A stretch of DNA of 64,000 nucleotides from Lingula anatina (taxonomy: Eukaryota > Animalia > Brachiopoda), in the NCBI GenBank assembly GCA_051362555.1, contig CM120641.1, positions 21,390,001 to 21,454,000 of the forward strand, given 5' to 3'. Below, piece after piece: positions 62,657 through 64,000 of the stretch (positions within the stretch are counted from its first letter, which is position 1; every line of letters begins with the position of its first letter). Position numbers and translations under genes: made by a program. Under the pieces are notes generated by a model that was given only the letters and a program-made list of their open reading frames with translations, did not search any database and was not told the DNA's origin.

Positions 62657-63784
62657 TTAAAAGGCATCTACTTTTGCAGATTTGGGCTTGATCAATTTGT
62701 CCAAGGCATTCTGGCCCATGCTTGCGGCCAGCTTTTTCACAATGCGGTCCTCTCCAGCCTTGACTGCAAGATCATATGCTGTCTCCCCTTTGTCATTTTT
62801 CTTATTAGGATTGGCACTACAGCTGTAAATGAAACAAACAACACCTACATTTCATTTCCCCTGACAATAAAGCACTTTTAACACATACTATTCACAAATT
62901 TTGCCTCTTTCATATTTTATTGTTTATTAATAACTTGCTGCTATTCAACACTTAAAATAAATTTAGTGATAGTCCATTACCCTAACAAATAACATCAAGG
63001 ACTAAATTCTTGGGCTTATTTCACAAAATAAATTTAAGCACCCCCCCCCCCAAAAAAAAAAGGTCTTAACATTCAGATTTTGAACCAAGATAAATCACTA
63101 GTAGTAGTCAATTAAAATAATATATATTGCACCAAAAGGTATTGCTGATGTTTCAGACCAAGACTTACTTAATCTTAATGGGCTACTATGGATTTATCTT
63201 GAACAAAAGTAGAACAAATTTTCATACTTCAGTTCTTTCGCAACAGAAGCCCCTAATATACAGGAGTGTAGCTTTATGAGATTCAACTACTTCATAACAG
63301 ACATGTTAACAGAGTGACAGTCACCATTTTAAGGGAAAACAACTCTTGAATTGGTGGTAAAGGTGCCAAAAAACAGATTTTCATGGGGGAAAACGATACT
63401 TTTTCCATACCTACCAATGGTTTATGAATCTGTTTCAACATTCAAAGTAAGTTGATTGCTTTTTGTTTTTTAAAAGTCTGTTTTTTGTAATAATCTTTTA
63501 AGAGATTATTACAGCAGGTAGCCATCTATGAAGGTCTGCATGGTCTGACGGCAAGCACATGCAGATTTAAGAATGATTGCGATAACTGCCAATTTGGTGG
63601 TAAAATGGAATTTTAAATATTTCCATGTGTTGTTTACCATGTATTTATTGTGAAATTTTGAATCTAATATGAAGAGTTGCTATCCCTTTAACACCAATGC
63701 ATAACTCACCCTAGCAGAGTTTCAATAACTTCCATCCCTTTTGATCCCAGGCTGACAGCTTCATGGAGAGCAGTATTCCCTTTA
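62657..63784 (-). CDS. DZANK1: Double zinc ribbon and ankyrin repeat-containing protein 1; last two coding exons, gene continues beyond window end
   Basis: Exons 63784-63710 (KGNTALHEAVSLGSKGMEVIETLLG) and 62822-62657 (CSANPNKKNDKGETAYDLAVKAGEDRIVKKLAASMGQNALDKLIKPKSAKVDAF*), joined by a phase-2 GT-AG intron. It is an ankyrin repeat resembling the DZANK1 C-terminus as I recall it (GNTALHEA.LLG...LLGCNA...KKN..GQTAYDLA). Absent from the ORF track. Confidence 0.8.
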
Positions 63785-64000
63785 CTGAAACAAACAATGC
63801 ACTTGTAACCAAACATACGTAAAATTGTGCATTTAGCATTAAATAAAAATTATTATACATATGCATTTCCTGTCAATTTGGATACCTACTTAATAGAATT
63901 TCATTTCACGTGAATAAATAAATTTAAAAAAATCAAATTGTTGTTGAGATGTTACCAGAATTATGTTTGGCATATATACATCATTTACCAATAACATCAA

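Noticed and set aside
62431-62667. 78-aa minus-strand ORF
   Set aside because: Out-of-frame continuation into the DZANK1 3' UTR.

Overview
AT-rich, intron-rich animal genomic DNA. It is probably lophotrochozoan or molluscan (an inference from gene content and repeat types). Six protein-coding genes can be reconstructed by hand with in-phase splice sites: the 5' part of SEC14L1/retm (-), WDR25 (-), cytoplasmic tryptophanyl-tRNA synthetase WARS (+, head-to-head with WDR25), a YwrD-type gamma-glutamyltranspeptidase (-), a 33-kb alpha-actinin gene (+), and the last two exons of DZANK1 (-). Introns and intergenic DNA hold non-autonomous transposons: a 2.8-kb TIR element with ATAA TSD, a 2.1-kb TTAA-flanked element, Helentron-type HINEs, PIF/Harbinger-type MITEs and a truncated LINE tail. 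Main leads: (1) alpha-actinin has a duplicated, apparently mutually exclusive CH2 exon pair ringed by Rbfox motifs, plus candidate in-frame cassette exons in spectrin repeat 3, and it lacks the vertebrate EF-hand exon switch; (2) the GGT has Gly-Arg at its Gly-Gly oxyanion hole and a probable GC-AG intron; (3) a tandem duplication in WARS creates a potential in-frame second HIGH-motif exon; (4) the 2.8-kb transposon carries a spaced array of a 16-bp motif; (5) two tiny CAAGGAG...CTCCTTG palindromes lie upstream of two genes. All coordinates were counted by eye, and no expression or database evidence was available.
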